From Octopus vulgaris (Eukaryota), in contig OX597823.1 of assembly GCA_951406725.2 (NCBI GenBank), positions 23,932,001-23,996,000 of the forward strand: 64,000 nt of DNA. Reading direction: 5' to 3'. Shown here one piece after another: positions 1-12,400 of this stretch. The position numbers were made by a program, and so were the translations under genes. Position 1 is the first letter of the stretch; the number at the start of each line of letters is the position of its first letter. The notes under the pieces are model-generated. The model saw only the letters and a list, made by a program, of their open reading frames with translations. It had not been told where the DNA came from and ran no database searches.

Positions 1-92
1 TCCTCTAAATCTTGGCCTTGTTTCTCTATTTCAATGTATTGTTGTTGTTATTGGTATATTTCATTGCCTTAAATTTTATTTTTTAATTCTAG

Positions 93-332
93 ATTCTCAG
101 ATCCATTTTGTGAAAATAAAAGATGCAGCTCTGGATGAAACAGGGAAAACATTGTGGAGTAAGAAAAAAGTAACACCAGATGCATGTGCTGAAAAATGTT
201 TTTCTGACAAAACTTGTTTATCATTTGAAATAACTAAAGGAAGTGGACTCTGTTACTTATCAAAGCAAACTGCAGCTTCCTCCAAGAAAATAAAAACAGA
301 CAAAAGCAGAGATTACTACCAACGAGTAAAAT
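93..332 (+). CDS. Exon A1, PAN/Apple-like domain
   Basis: ttctag|AT TCT CAG ATC CAT TTT GTG ... GTA AAA T|gtaatt; 240 nt; C-x3-C-x5-C-x11-C (CAEKCFSDKTCLSFEITKGSGLC) and DYYQR. Confidence 0.88.
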
Positions 333-3300
333 GTAATTATTGTTTTTGTACTTTATTATTGGATTTTTCTGAATTTGTGATTCCATTTGTACTTCATAGT
401 ATATAGACAACTATTTGTGTGAAGACATTGACAGGTTAAGAATGTTATCCATAGAAAACCCTGAACAAAAACCTTGAAAAAAAATAGCCACTTCAGTTTC
501 ATTGCTACCCAGAGCAACCCTGAGAATATCAATACACTATCCTACAAATCCTCTTGCTCAGGTCAGGTTTGACATAGCATACTATATCTGAAATCTTTAA
601 GATTAAGTGAGATAGTGTAGCCCATTCTTTTTAATACTTTTGAGTATTATTGAAGGAAAACTTAATCCATCCAGAAAATTATGTTTTAGCAAAAGACTAT
701 CTTCTCAGAATAAATAAGAATTCTGGTACATCATGAGACATACATGAATGCTCACCTGAATATTTTGGTTGTACATAGTGCTTTTGTACATGCATCTTTC
801 GATAACATGCATTTATTTAATACTAGTCCAACCCATGCTAGCATGGAAAGCGGACGTTAAATGATGATGATGATGATGATGATGCATGGCCATTACCACA
901 ACACATGATACATTGATTAGCCATCTGTTTAATGGGGTATCAACCTTAATGTTGCCAGTATGTTTGGAGATGTTCTACCTCTCTCTCATGAATTCTTAAA
1001 AGAGTGTCAGTTTGTGAATCAACTATTTCTTTCTTTTACTTTTTAATTGCTCTATAAGACTTTGCAGCCATGCTGGGGCACTGCCAAAAAGAATTTTGGT
1101 CAAATGAGTTAACCCCAGTAGTTGTTTTTTTTTTTTAAGCCTGGCACTTATTCTAACAGTTTCTTTTGCCGAACTGCTAATTTATGGTGACATAAGCACA
1201 CCAACATAAGTTGTCAAGCAGTGATAGGGGATACACACATACACATGCACAATGAGCTTCTTTCAGTTTTTGTATGCCACTCATAAGGATTTGGTTGGCC
1301 CAAAGCTATAGTAGAAGACACTTACCCAAAGTGTCACGCAGCAGAACAGAACCTAGAACCATGAGGTTGAGGAGCAAACTTCTTACCACTCAGTCACATC
1401 TATGCTTGTTTATAATGAATTTTTCATTTGCAAAATTATGTTTCAAATGCTTTAAAATATTTAATACATGCTAAGATGTGTTAGAATGTAGTTGTTTTCT
1501 TTTTTCTGTATTTTCAGCTGACAAGCCTCTTCAAATTAAGAGAGTTAGTATATTAGAGAAGGAAACTTTTGGAAGGCTTATGAATGTGAACTTAAAGACG
1601 TGTAATGAAGCTTGCTTTCAATATCCGGATTGTAATTCTTATGAGTACAATGAGAAAGATAAATTATGTGATCTAAGCAGAGTGACTCGGTTGACTGATC
1701 AATTTAAACCCAACTATGGAGTTTGGGATTCATACACAATCACCCCAGGTCAGTAGAGCATTTCCGTTTAATTTCTTGAGTGTATATATGTCACCCCCCC
1801 CCCCCCACACACATACATACATATCTGTGTGCCAATATCTTCTGATTGTTTCACTCAGTATCTTTTATTCTAAATCTGTCATTATCTCTTCATTCTCACC
1901 CTCTTCCTAATATGTACACATCATTGATATCAATTTCTCTTACTCACTTTAGTTTACATGAAAATTGATTGTGGACCACCGAAAGATATTGCTGACACAT
2001 CAAAATCTTACAATACCACCACCTATAATTCTGAAGTGACCTATACTTGTCCAGGGGGAGAGAAATTTAAATCGATATGTAAAGAAGATGATAAATGGAC
2101 TCCAGTGGTAACTAACTGCAAAGGTAATGTATATAGATTATCTCTTGCTGCCTTTACCTAGGTAATTTTGTTTTATATTTTTGTTAAAGAATGGCTGACT
2201 CTTTGAAAATTTCCTGTGTTTGTGGCTGCCTAAAGAAAGAGTAGAGGCTATTCTCAGTCCAGAGGCATTCTCAAATGCTTGCAAAAGAGAGTACTTTATT
2301 AAAGCTATCCTATGGCCAGGTAGTGTCATTAATCTGTGTGACCAATTAAGTCTGCCTTACAAGAACAAGAAGTGTGGAAGTACTTTCCCTCCAGCAGGCT
2401 TCAACATAGTTTCCACCCATCAAATTTCATGAATAGTGCTTAATCATGAAGCAAATTTTTAACCACATTGCTCAAAATCTCCCCAATACCAGATCGTTGT
2501 TAAGTGGATTTATTACCATCACAGTTATATCTCAGCACCTCTTGATTGTTTTTCTCTTAATTTCTAATTTGACTTTTCACATGCATACTTTGTCATCATA
2601 CAAAACTCTCAACAGTACAATGCTCTGAGTCTTTTACTAAAACTTAGTAATTTTTTGAAATTTCTGATGTTCTAATGATCATCCATTCCACCATCCGAAA
2701 TTATGATAATACAAATAATAATGATGGTTCCTAATTCGGGCAAAGAAGCCATGAGTTTTTGATAGAAAAGGATTAATCATTATCTTTGACCTCAATACTT
2801 GACTGTCGTTTTATGTTACTGCTCCCAACACTGCTAGAATGAAAGGCAAAATTGACATTTGCTGGATTTGAACTGAACACATGAAGAGCCTGAACAAATA
2901 CTATAAAGCATTCCTTCCCATTCTCTAATTAGTAATCATTTCTACATTTAAAATAAAGGTGATAATGACGATGCAGTTCTCCTGAGTGATGAAGAACCTC
3001 TATCTAACTGCAGCTGAACATCATCATAAACTCCAAGAACAAGTGTCCTCTTCAATTATTGTTCTCTGATTTGCAGGTTTATGCTCTGTGGTCCCCATCT
3101 ACCCTCACTATTTTTTGCGACTCTCTCCATCTTCACCTTCTTCACTAGTGAAATTTTAAATGCGCTGACGTCCAAACAGAAATGTCACCATTGTCAGACC
3201 TTTCAACTTCATCCATTGTACAACTTTTTTTGTTTCAACTACAAGAAAGAAGAAAGCTACCGTCTCTGCTAAGTTAAAGGAGAGTCTGTGACAATCACTA

Positions 3301-3921
3301 TGATTGATTCAGCTGATAGCCAGATCTATCTCCCGCATATCACCTACTGGTTCTGGACAATATTTGGTCAACATTGATATATTATTATTATAACAATCAC
3401 TGAGAGTGACCCACAGCCATTCAAGCTGCATATGGACCACCTGAATCTCACAAGTGTAGGAGGGGTGGGTGGCCTCAGAATTTCATGACATTACTATTTC
3501 CCATTCTGCCATGAGTAACATAGAACAAAATTAAAGTACCATCTTATTCTAATCAATTATTACATAGACAAACACTATAAAAGAAAGTAATGGGATTGTG
3601 TGATTTATCACAGTCTCATTGTCTTTCACAAGGGCACTAACTATGTGAAGTGAATCGACTTAGACTGAGAATTAAACTCATATCATAGACTTACATCATC
3701 ATCAGTTTAACATTGACTTTTTCACACCTGCATAGGTTGGATGAAATTTATAGATGCAGATTTTATACAGCCCGATGCCTACATATTTCCAAGCAAAGTA
3801 TTATTTCCCTATAGTCAAACATGTTTTTGCAGAAGATTGGACATGTATGTATAAAGGAGACAATCATTTTACAACCATCACACAATGTCAAGGCAAGATG
3901 ACTCAAAGACATACTCCTCTC

Positions 3922-4008
<87 letters not shown>

Positions 4009-4207
4009 ATGTGTGTGTGTGTGTGTATGTGTGTGTGTGTGTATTTATAGAGAGACAGACAGACAGACAGAGAGTGTGTCAAACAAGTGAGATCCAGAGA
4101 TGTTCAATATAGAAAACATGTAGCAGTGCTCAAATTATTTGAACTTACACACTGAAATCTGTAAGATAAATCCAGGTGAACTGATATGGAGATAATGGAG
4201 TAGATAA

Positions 4208-4250
<43 letters not shown>

Positions 4251-5506
4251 AGCAAAACCTGAAAATATTCAGAAGATGGACACTCATGTATATGAATATG
4301 GAGATTTATATATTTACAGAACAAATTTACATGGACTACCAACAGATACTGAAAACTAATGGAGGAAGGCATAATATTTCACGTTTTACAGCTTTTTCTG
4401 GGATATCAGAATTATGTAATAGTTATAATGTTCATAATGGCAGATGATGTGTGCAAAATGTCAAAGATATGCAATCAGAGTGGATGCATATAAACATTAC
4501 TGTAAAATCAGCTTCCGTTGTCAGGGTGGAAAGATCTTGTGCTCCATATAAATTTGTTCTGTAAAAATATAAATATCTATATGCATACACATGAGTATTC
4601 ATCTTGCAATTATTTTCAGCTTATGTTTCTCTCTACTTTTATCCCTACACATATTTTTACATGTGTATATGTATGCATATTTTACATATCAAATTCAAGC
4701 ATGTTTATCTACTTTCCTTTCTCTCTCTCCCTCTCTCCATATATGTATGAAATTGGCTAGAGTGTAACGAAGTAAGTTGTTCTTTTATATGTTGCTATCA
4801 TTGTGCCTTTTGTGTTGTGAAGCATCCTGATGAGGGGAGTGTCTGTTTCATTAAAATATGAAATTCATATCATATTATCGGACATATCTCCGAAACAGCC
4901 CATCAATGGAACATTATCTTCATGTATTAGTATGTCCTTTTAATGTTGTATAATTTCAAATTTTCCACTGGACTCCGTGTTGTAACTTGTGAATCTTTAT
5001 TACCTTGTATCTTATCATGTGAATTAATAATTATCATGTGAATTATTAATTCAATAAGTCTTATATTATGTTGATTATCTTTTGCCTGCATATTTATATT
5101 TGAATATTTTTAAATACCTACGAGTTTTTATCTTATTTCATATCGACGTTTTTTATATATATATATCTATTTTTTATATCTATTTATCTATTTATATATT
5201 TTTAAAATATCAACGTATTTTTAAATATTTGCGTATATTTAAATATCAAATATTTATATGTTTATATACTTGTATGTTTTTAATACTGTATTATTTACAA
5301 CTTTATACTGATTTATTAATGTCCAATGAAAGTACACATATATATTGAATTTTCTATTGGATAATAGATCATGTTCCTCTAGTTTTCTGCTGGTATTGCC
5401 TTCATTCAAACTATAAATTGGAACTTAGCTCAATTTGTACACTTTGATTCTAGCTTGTTTCTGAGCATTTTTAAAGTTAACAATATCTACATAAAATTGT
5501 ATAATT

Positions 5507-5538
<32 letters not shown>

Positions 5539-8500
5539 TATATGATGGGCTTCTTTCAGTTTCCACTTACCAAATCCACTGATAGCATTTGGATGACCAA
5601 CAGCTATAGTGGAAGACACTTGGCCAAGAAGCCTTGTAGAGGATTGAACACAGAGCCATGTAGTTAGGAAGTAAATTTCTCAGTACGCATCCATGTTTGT
5701 TTCACTCAGTCATATTTGTTCTAAAAGAACAACTAGGAAAAAATGCACCAAGTTGCATCCAGCATGGAGAACTATTAGTAATGTAGCTAATTATTGAACA
5801 GAGAACTGATTGATTAAAAGTTATTAACATAATAATTTCACCCTCAGAATGTGGTAGAATTGTTTTGTGAATGACTTTTTTCTAGATTGGAAATTCAGAA
5901 GAGACAACCTTATAAACATAATCACTATTCTTTTGCATCTCACTTAAAGCGTACTTTGAAGAATAATAATTTTTTTGCTTGTTACATAAAGTTGTGAGTG
6001 TCTACATTTATTAACTATTTACTCAGTAGATGATGATGGTGAAAGTAAATTTATTTTAGTTTTCCAAGGTAAACATTACTAAATCTATAAAGTGATGTGT
6101 CTTCTCATGAATAGACATATTTAGTTACTTCCTTTTATGTTCTGAGTTCAAATCCAATCTGGATGTACTTCATTGTTTCATATTTCTGAGGTTGATAAAA
6201 CAAGCACTAGTCAAATACTGAAGTCATTTTATTTTCATGTGTCCTCATAGTAGCATGTATAGCATTGTTTTTGGAATTAGGAAATATCATTAATATTGTT
6301 TCCATCAATAATAATTATAAGTATTCTTATTGTGACGGGCTATGGCTTGACAGAATCACTCAAGTACCAGACAAAATGTGCTATGGTATTTATGTATTCA
6401 ACTTTTGTGTTTAAGTTTAGCTGTGGTTAACTTTACCTTTCCAGGGCCAGTAAATAAAACTGCCAGTCAAATGTATAGACCAATTTTAATCAGTCAATTC
6501 TTTATTTAAAGTTTTAACTTTCATTCAATATTAGAAATTACTATTATTGTTATTGTGGTTGTTTTTCATTGGTCTAAATTTTACTTTGACTCTAGATACT
6601 CATATTACATTTATGAAAATAAAAGATGCAATTCTGGATGTATCTGGGAAAACATTGTGGAATAAGAAAAATGTGACAGCAAAAGCCTGTGAAAAAAAAT
6701 GTTTGTCTGATGAAAATTGTTTATCATTTGAAATAAATGTAAAAAGTAGACAATGTTACTTATCAAAGGAAAGTGCAGCTTCTTCTGAGAAATTAAAGCC
6801 AATCAAAGGCAGAATTTACTACCAACGATTAAAATGTAATTATACTTTGTATTTTATTATTGGGATATGCTTTTCCTCTTTGTTTAAAGCTTGTGATTAC
6901 ATTTGTATTTCATAATATGAGGGTGAGTTGAAAAGTTCATAGGTTCCCTATGAAGGAATTTTACTAGAGCTGTGAAATCTTGCATGCATTAATTTCAGCT
7001 CTTCTTATTAATAATTGCACAGTTTCTTTCGGGTAAACTGACATCTGACTGTTCAAAAAAGACTTCAGAAGTAACAAGTAGTGATGTCTCTTGAAAGTGG
7101 ACAAAATTTAGCACCATGGTGTTATCAAGTGCCTGCAGAAAACATGTTTAGCCACCCCCTAGGACATTTATGCTCACACAGTTGCTACATAAGGGTATAA
7201 TGCTCCAGCTTTATCAACAGTACAAAAGTGGGTGGCTGATTTTGGAGGGGAAGGGAGAGTCTTGAAGATGACTCAAGGTCTGGATGTCCTGCATCTGTCA
7301 CCAGTGAGGAAAACTGTTATAATGTGGATTCTTGTTCCCTTGCATATTATTGTCAGCACTGTAATATTCTTGTTGCCACTAATATGTTGTGGCTGTATTC
7401 CATGTCTTGCTTTCTGTGACTTGTCTATCATGCTATTACTGATAACTCCACAAGACAGTGACTTTGAAACATCTACCTTGACGGTAACTCGAACTTGTAT
7501 ATATCACGTAACTGACACTGACTCCAACTGAAAACTCGTAGAATGAGTGTACTACTACTGACCTCCTACAACAGCTGATGCCTGATTTTACAGTGGCCAA
7601 CTCATACCACTTGTCACTTGGGCAAGGGTGTACCATTTCACTATATCCCCACTTTTCATTTTGTTTTCTTTGGGAAGCAAGTAATCTTTTACCTTATTCA
7701 TTCCACCTCCCTTTTTCAGCATTTTTTTTCTATAAGTTTGTCCTCTTATTAGGGAGTGCACTTGGTGAGTAAGCTTCAGGTTATACTGGGCAGATCATTT
7801 TCCAACTGACTCTTCACTGTCTCTTTAAGCTTCCTTAACTTCAGACTGGTATGCATCACTGAATTGTTTTAGGTCAAAGTTGAATGTAACTAGCTACTTA
7901 CATATGTTGGTTTACACACTCATAACCCAGGAAGGACTTTGTATTCACCAGCATCTGTCTATCCTATTTCTGATAAGAATATAGTTAATCTGGCTTCTGT
8001 GCCCACCACATTGATAGATGATCAGGTAACTGGCTGGTTTCTTGAAATTTGAGGCGCAAACAACCAGAACATTTGCATCGCAGAACTCCAAGAGACTTCT
8101 TCCCACTTCATTTCTAAGACCAAAACCACAGACTCCATATATTACATGTAATTCATTGGATTGGTGTCCAACATGTCTCTGAAAGTCACCAGCAAGAAAT
8201 ATAAGGTCACTATTATTTGTCATGAAGATAATCTACAAAATAGCCTTGCAAAATCAGTCTGTTTTCATGTATTACTCCCAACTGAGGTGCATATGCAGAG
8301 ATAAATGTATTTTTTACTGGAGAATTTAAAATTTATTTACTCTACCACGATGTTTGTGTGCCACAATTACCTTATCTACCCATTTCTCTGCCCAAAAAGT
8401 TCCTACACCTCACACACCATCACTATTGTCCACCCTAAATAATTTATGCCTTTATTCTTTTCGATGAGAATTCTGGCTGAGGCTCCTCTCCATCTTGCTT

Positions 8501-9404
8501 CTTGTACACAACACACCTCTATGTACCTCCACTCTGTCATTTCAACAATTTCATCAATCCGACCTTTCATTGTCCTTGCATTGACTGTGACTGTCTGCAG
8601 GTCATGGAGTAGACTCTGAAAATAAGAAGGCTTTTCGAAGCTTTGCCTCAGGGCAGAGGGCTCTTACATATGTCCAAATAATGATTATGTTGTGGTGGGT
8701 GTCCCCAGGTGAGAAGTGGGCTGGTCCACTTCTAATAAAAAGTGGACAGACTCAGTAAGTAGTGTCACTCGGTGAGGTACGCTGTTTGGGCCAGTCACAC
8801 AGACGACGAAATGTGTCGTCATAATGTGGGACATATCAGTGGGGATGAGGATTCAGAACTCATGCAGTGGTAAAATGTTAAAAATTCCAAGATGTGATTT
8901 GAACTTCACACGGTGAAAAATATATAAAGAAAGATTTCTGAAGAAAAAAATGTCTGATGAAATTGGAACTCTAACACAGAATTGAACTACATACAGTGAA
9001 AAATATATATAAAAAGGATTTTGGGGATAAAAATGTCTGATAAAACTGGAACTCTAACACAGAACTGAACAGTGAAAAATAAAAATAAGTCCATGCGAAG
9101 GATTTAAGTCAGGTCGTTATATGTAGTAGCGCTACCAATAAAAAATGTAGCCTGGTACTACCTGCAGCATTTGGGAAAAAATATGGTTCTGTGTGGAACA
9201 AAGAAGAAGAAGAAGAAGTTGTCATCGTCGTCCGTGCGAAGGATTTAAGTCAGATTGCTATATGTTAATAGCACTACTGGTGAACAGTGTAAACTGGTAC
9301 TATCTGTGGCATTTTGAAAAAAATAATAATAATCTTGTGTGGAACAAGAAAAATCTAAATCAGAAGAAAAAATAATTCTGGTAAGAAGAAAAAGAAATGA
9401 AATA

Positions 9405-9473
<69 letters not shown>

Positions 9474-12400
9474 AATAAGCAACAAGGATATCCAGAGGTA
9501 ATGCTGTATGATCGTTTCATGTGACTCCATTTAATTGAACAATGCAAATATTACATCAATTTAAAATGTAGACCAATCTTCAGCTGCATAAAAATATAGA
9601 ATTTAGTTAAATTTGAAGGATTCATTTGTATAGTTTTCTTATTATCCAAAAGCATAAAGAGGAAAAGTAGATAGACAAAGAACATGTTTTATCAACAACA
9701 TCACAGTTGTTACATCAACAGTTGTAAATAATTTTGTGTTCTTTTAACTGCTATCAAAATACACAGTTTCATAATTGCAGAAATAAATTTCATTAACAAG
9801 TTGAAGAACGAGAAAATAATTACTACATTATTTTATTTATGTATATTTAACATCTATGGTACAATTGGAAAGTAAAGTCATTTTGTCATGGAGAATTATG
9901 ACTTAAAATTCACACTATTTAATCCTTCATACTAACTACTAGAGTTCACAACAATTCAAATAAGTCTTGTTGGATTTTTATCATGGACATGGCATAAAAA
10001 AATAGCCAATATCTCAATGAGTGAGTGTCATAGAGTTTAGTAACATCCAATGAACACTGATTAATTTCCCCAAAATCAGGGTTTTTATAACTGCCCATAC
10101 CTGAATTCTAAGAACCGTATTTCATGAAAGAATTCTCTTTGACTAAAGTTTAGAATTCAAATATGGGCAGTAATTTTAACCAATGGGATACCAACAATTA
10201 TGTTTGTTCGGGCAAACAGCCATTATGTCATATTGCTGCCTTTTATGACTTGCTACATCATAAGACATACTCAAAACTTTGTGTGAATGTTTCCATTTTA
10301 GATCTTTTCATATATCCCTCTTTTGATGTGTGTTTTTGATTATGATTGAATAGCCATAGCAACAGACATGTTGATTGATCTGTTGAAGAGAATTTTCACC
10401 CTACATAAGCATACTTCAAGGAAGGGATGTACAAATGAGTTATTTGCAGCCTCAGTATTGAGAAAAGGTTCCAATAAGTCTGAAGTTCTTCAACAACTCA
10501 CATGAATTCTTGCTAGAGCTTCAATTTGTAAATGAATTATTTCTATAAAATATATTTTCCGTTTACAGACTCATGCACCATATGCTTTATAATATTAAAT
10601 ATATGTGTGTCTGAATATAAAATGTATTTCTTGCTTTCTTTTTCCTTCCAGTCGATGATGAGCATATAATATTTAAAAATGTTAGCTTACCAATGAAGGC
10701 TACTTTTGAACAGCTTACGAATGTGAACTTAAAGAAATGTAATGAAAGTTGCCATCGACGGGAAAGATGTACTTCCTATGCATATAATGTTAACAATAAG
10801 GTCTGTAATTTGAGTCATGTGACTTCATTCACTACTGATCTTAAACCCAACGATGGAGGCTGGGATGTATACATAATTAATCCAGGTAAGTAGAGTGTTT
10901 TATCTGAGTCATTGTGTGCATGTTTTTGTGTATAAATATGTGTGTGTTTGTGTAAGAACTGCTATGATATGTGATAATGAGACATGGGCATTGAACACAG
11001 AGGACATGAGAAGATTGGAAAGAAATGAAGTTAGCAATCTACATTGGATGTTCAATATAAGTGTGTATGAATGATATAGTATAAATATGCCAAGTGAAAA
11101 ACTGGGCAAAAGAGAAATCAGTTGAAGTATGCAAGCGAGAAGGCTACATTACTGTGGACAAGCAGTGTGTATAGTTCAGAACAGCTGTACAGAGAAGTGC
11201 TAATCCCTAAATATGGCAGGGCTGGTGGATGAAAGACACATTGGACAAATTGGTGAAGGTTGATTTCAGGGTGTTGAGCATTGCAGAAGAGATGTCTGGC
11301 AATACATGACTCTCAAGAAGAACCACATATTGCATGACAAAACTAACTTCTGGAAGCACTGTTCATCATTTAATGATTGTTGCCCATGCTAGCATGGGTT
11401 GGATAGCGTAACCAGAGCTGGCAAGCTGGGGGAAGCACAAGACTCCACTCTGATTTCGTATGGTTTCTACAGCTGGATACCCTTCCTAATGCCGACCACT
11501 TTACAGAGTATGCAGAATGATTTTACATGGTACTGCATAGATTCTTTTTGGTACTGGATGGGTGTTTTTACATGGTATCACATAGGTGTTTTTACGTGAT
11601 GCTGCATGATCGATTTTACAATTCACAACAGGAATGCCTTTATGTGCCACTGCACAGGTGCTTTTATGTGTCGCCACACAAGAGCTTTTATGTGTCATTG
11701 CACAGGTGCTTTTACATGGCATCACATAAAAGCTTTTACATGGCACCACTACAAGTGCTTTACGCAACCAGAAGGATTGGTCTTAACATTTCTGCTGTGT
11801 TGTATGAGACATCTTGAGTACAGCCATGTGCCAGGCATCCCAGCCCTTTGTCATCTCACCTGAAAGGTTCAGCTTCCTGGGGTTGTTCTTCAGTATTTCA
11901 TTCCATGTCTTCTTGCATCTCCCACTACCACATGTTCCATCCACTTTGAGAGATTGGCACTTCTTTATGGAGCTCTTGGCATCCATTCACATCACATGAC
12001 CAAACCAGTACAGCCTCCTCTCTTGCACACAACAACAAATTCCTCTTATGCCTAATTTCTCTCAAAGAACTCTGGTGCTTTGTTGAACATGTACACTTAC
12101 ATTACACATCCAGTGGAGCATGCTAGCCTCATTCTTTTATAATCTTTGCATGTCCTCTGCATTCAAAGCCCACATCTCACTACCATGTAGAATTGTTGTG
12201 TGTATACATGCATCATACAGTCTTCCTTTCACTTGGAGAGAGAAACCTTTCACAACATAGTAACACCTCTCTGAATTTCCTCCACCCTATTCTTATTCTA
12301 GCTAGCATACTCTCTCTGTATCTTCCCCCACTAATGATTTGGTCCCCCAGGTAGCAGAAATTATCTACTACCTCTATTGAGCAACCAGGACATTTGAGAG

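Noticed and set aside
98-100. Alternative acceptor CAG 8 nt inside exon A
   Set aside because: It would shift the frame and is absent in A2.
333-406. Hydrophobic C-terminal tails after DYYQR in A ORFs (possible TM anchor)
   Set aside because: They lie past a conserved gtaatt donor and vary in length, frame and stop position between copies; treated as intron read-through.
3754-4112. ORFs with YIYIYI, CVCVCV or LSLSLS runs (and similar ones elsewhere)
   Set aside because: Translations of microsatellites.
4380-4440. Possible minus-strand hammerhead (gaaaaagctgtaaaa)
   Set aside because: No recognisable CTGANGA box.
11520-11770. Regular approximately 23-bp repeats resembling a CRISPR array (also 30469-30573)
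   Set aside because: Degenerate tandem minisatellites without unique spacers, in a eukaryotic repeat context; no cas genes.
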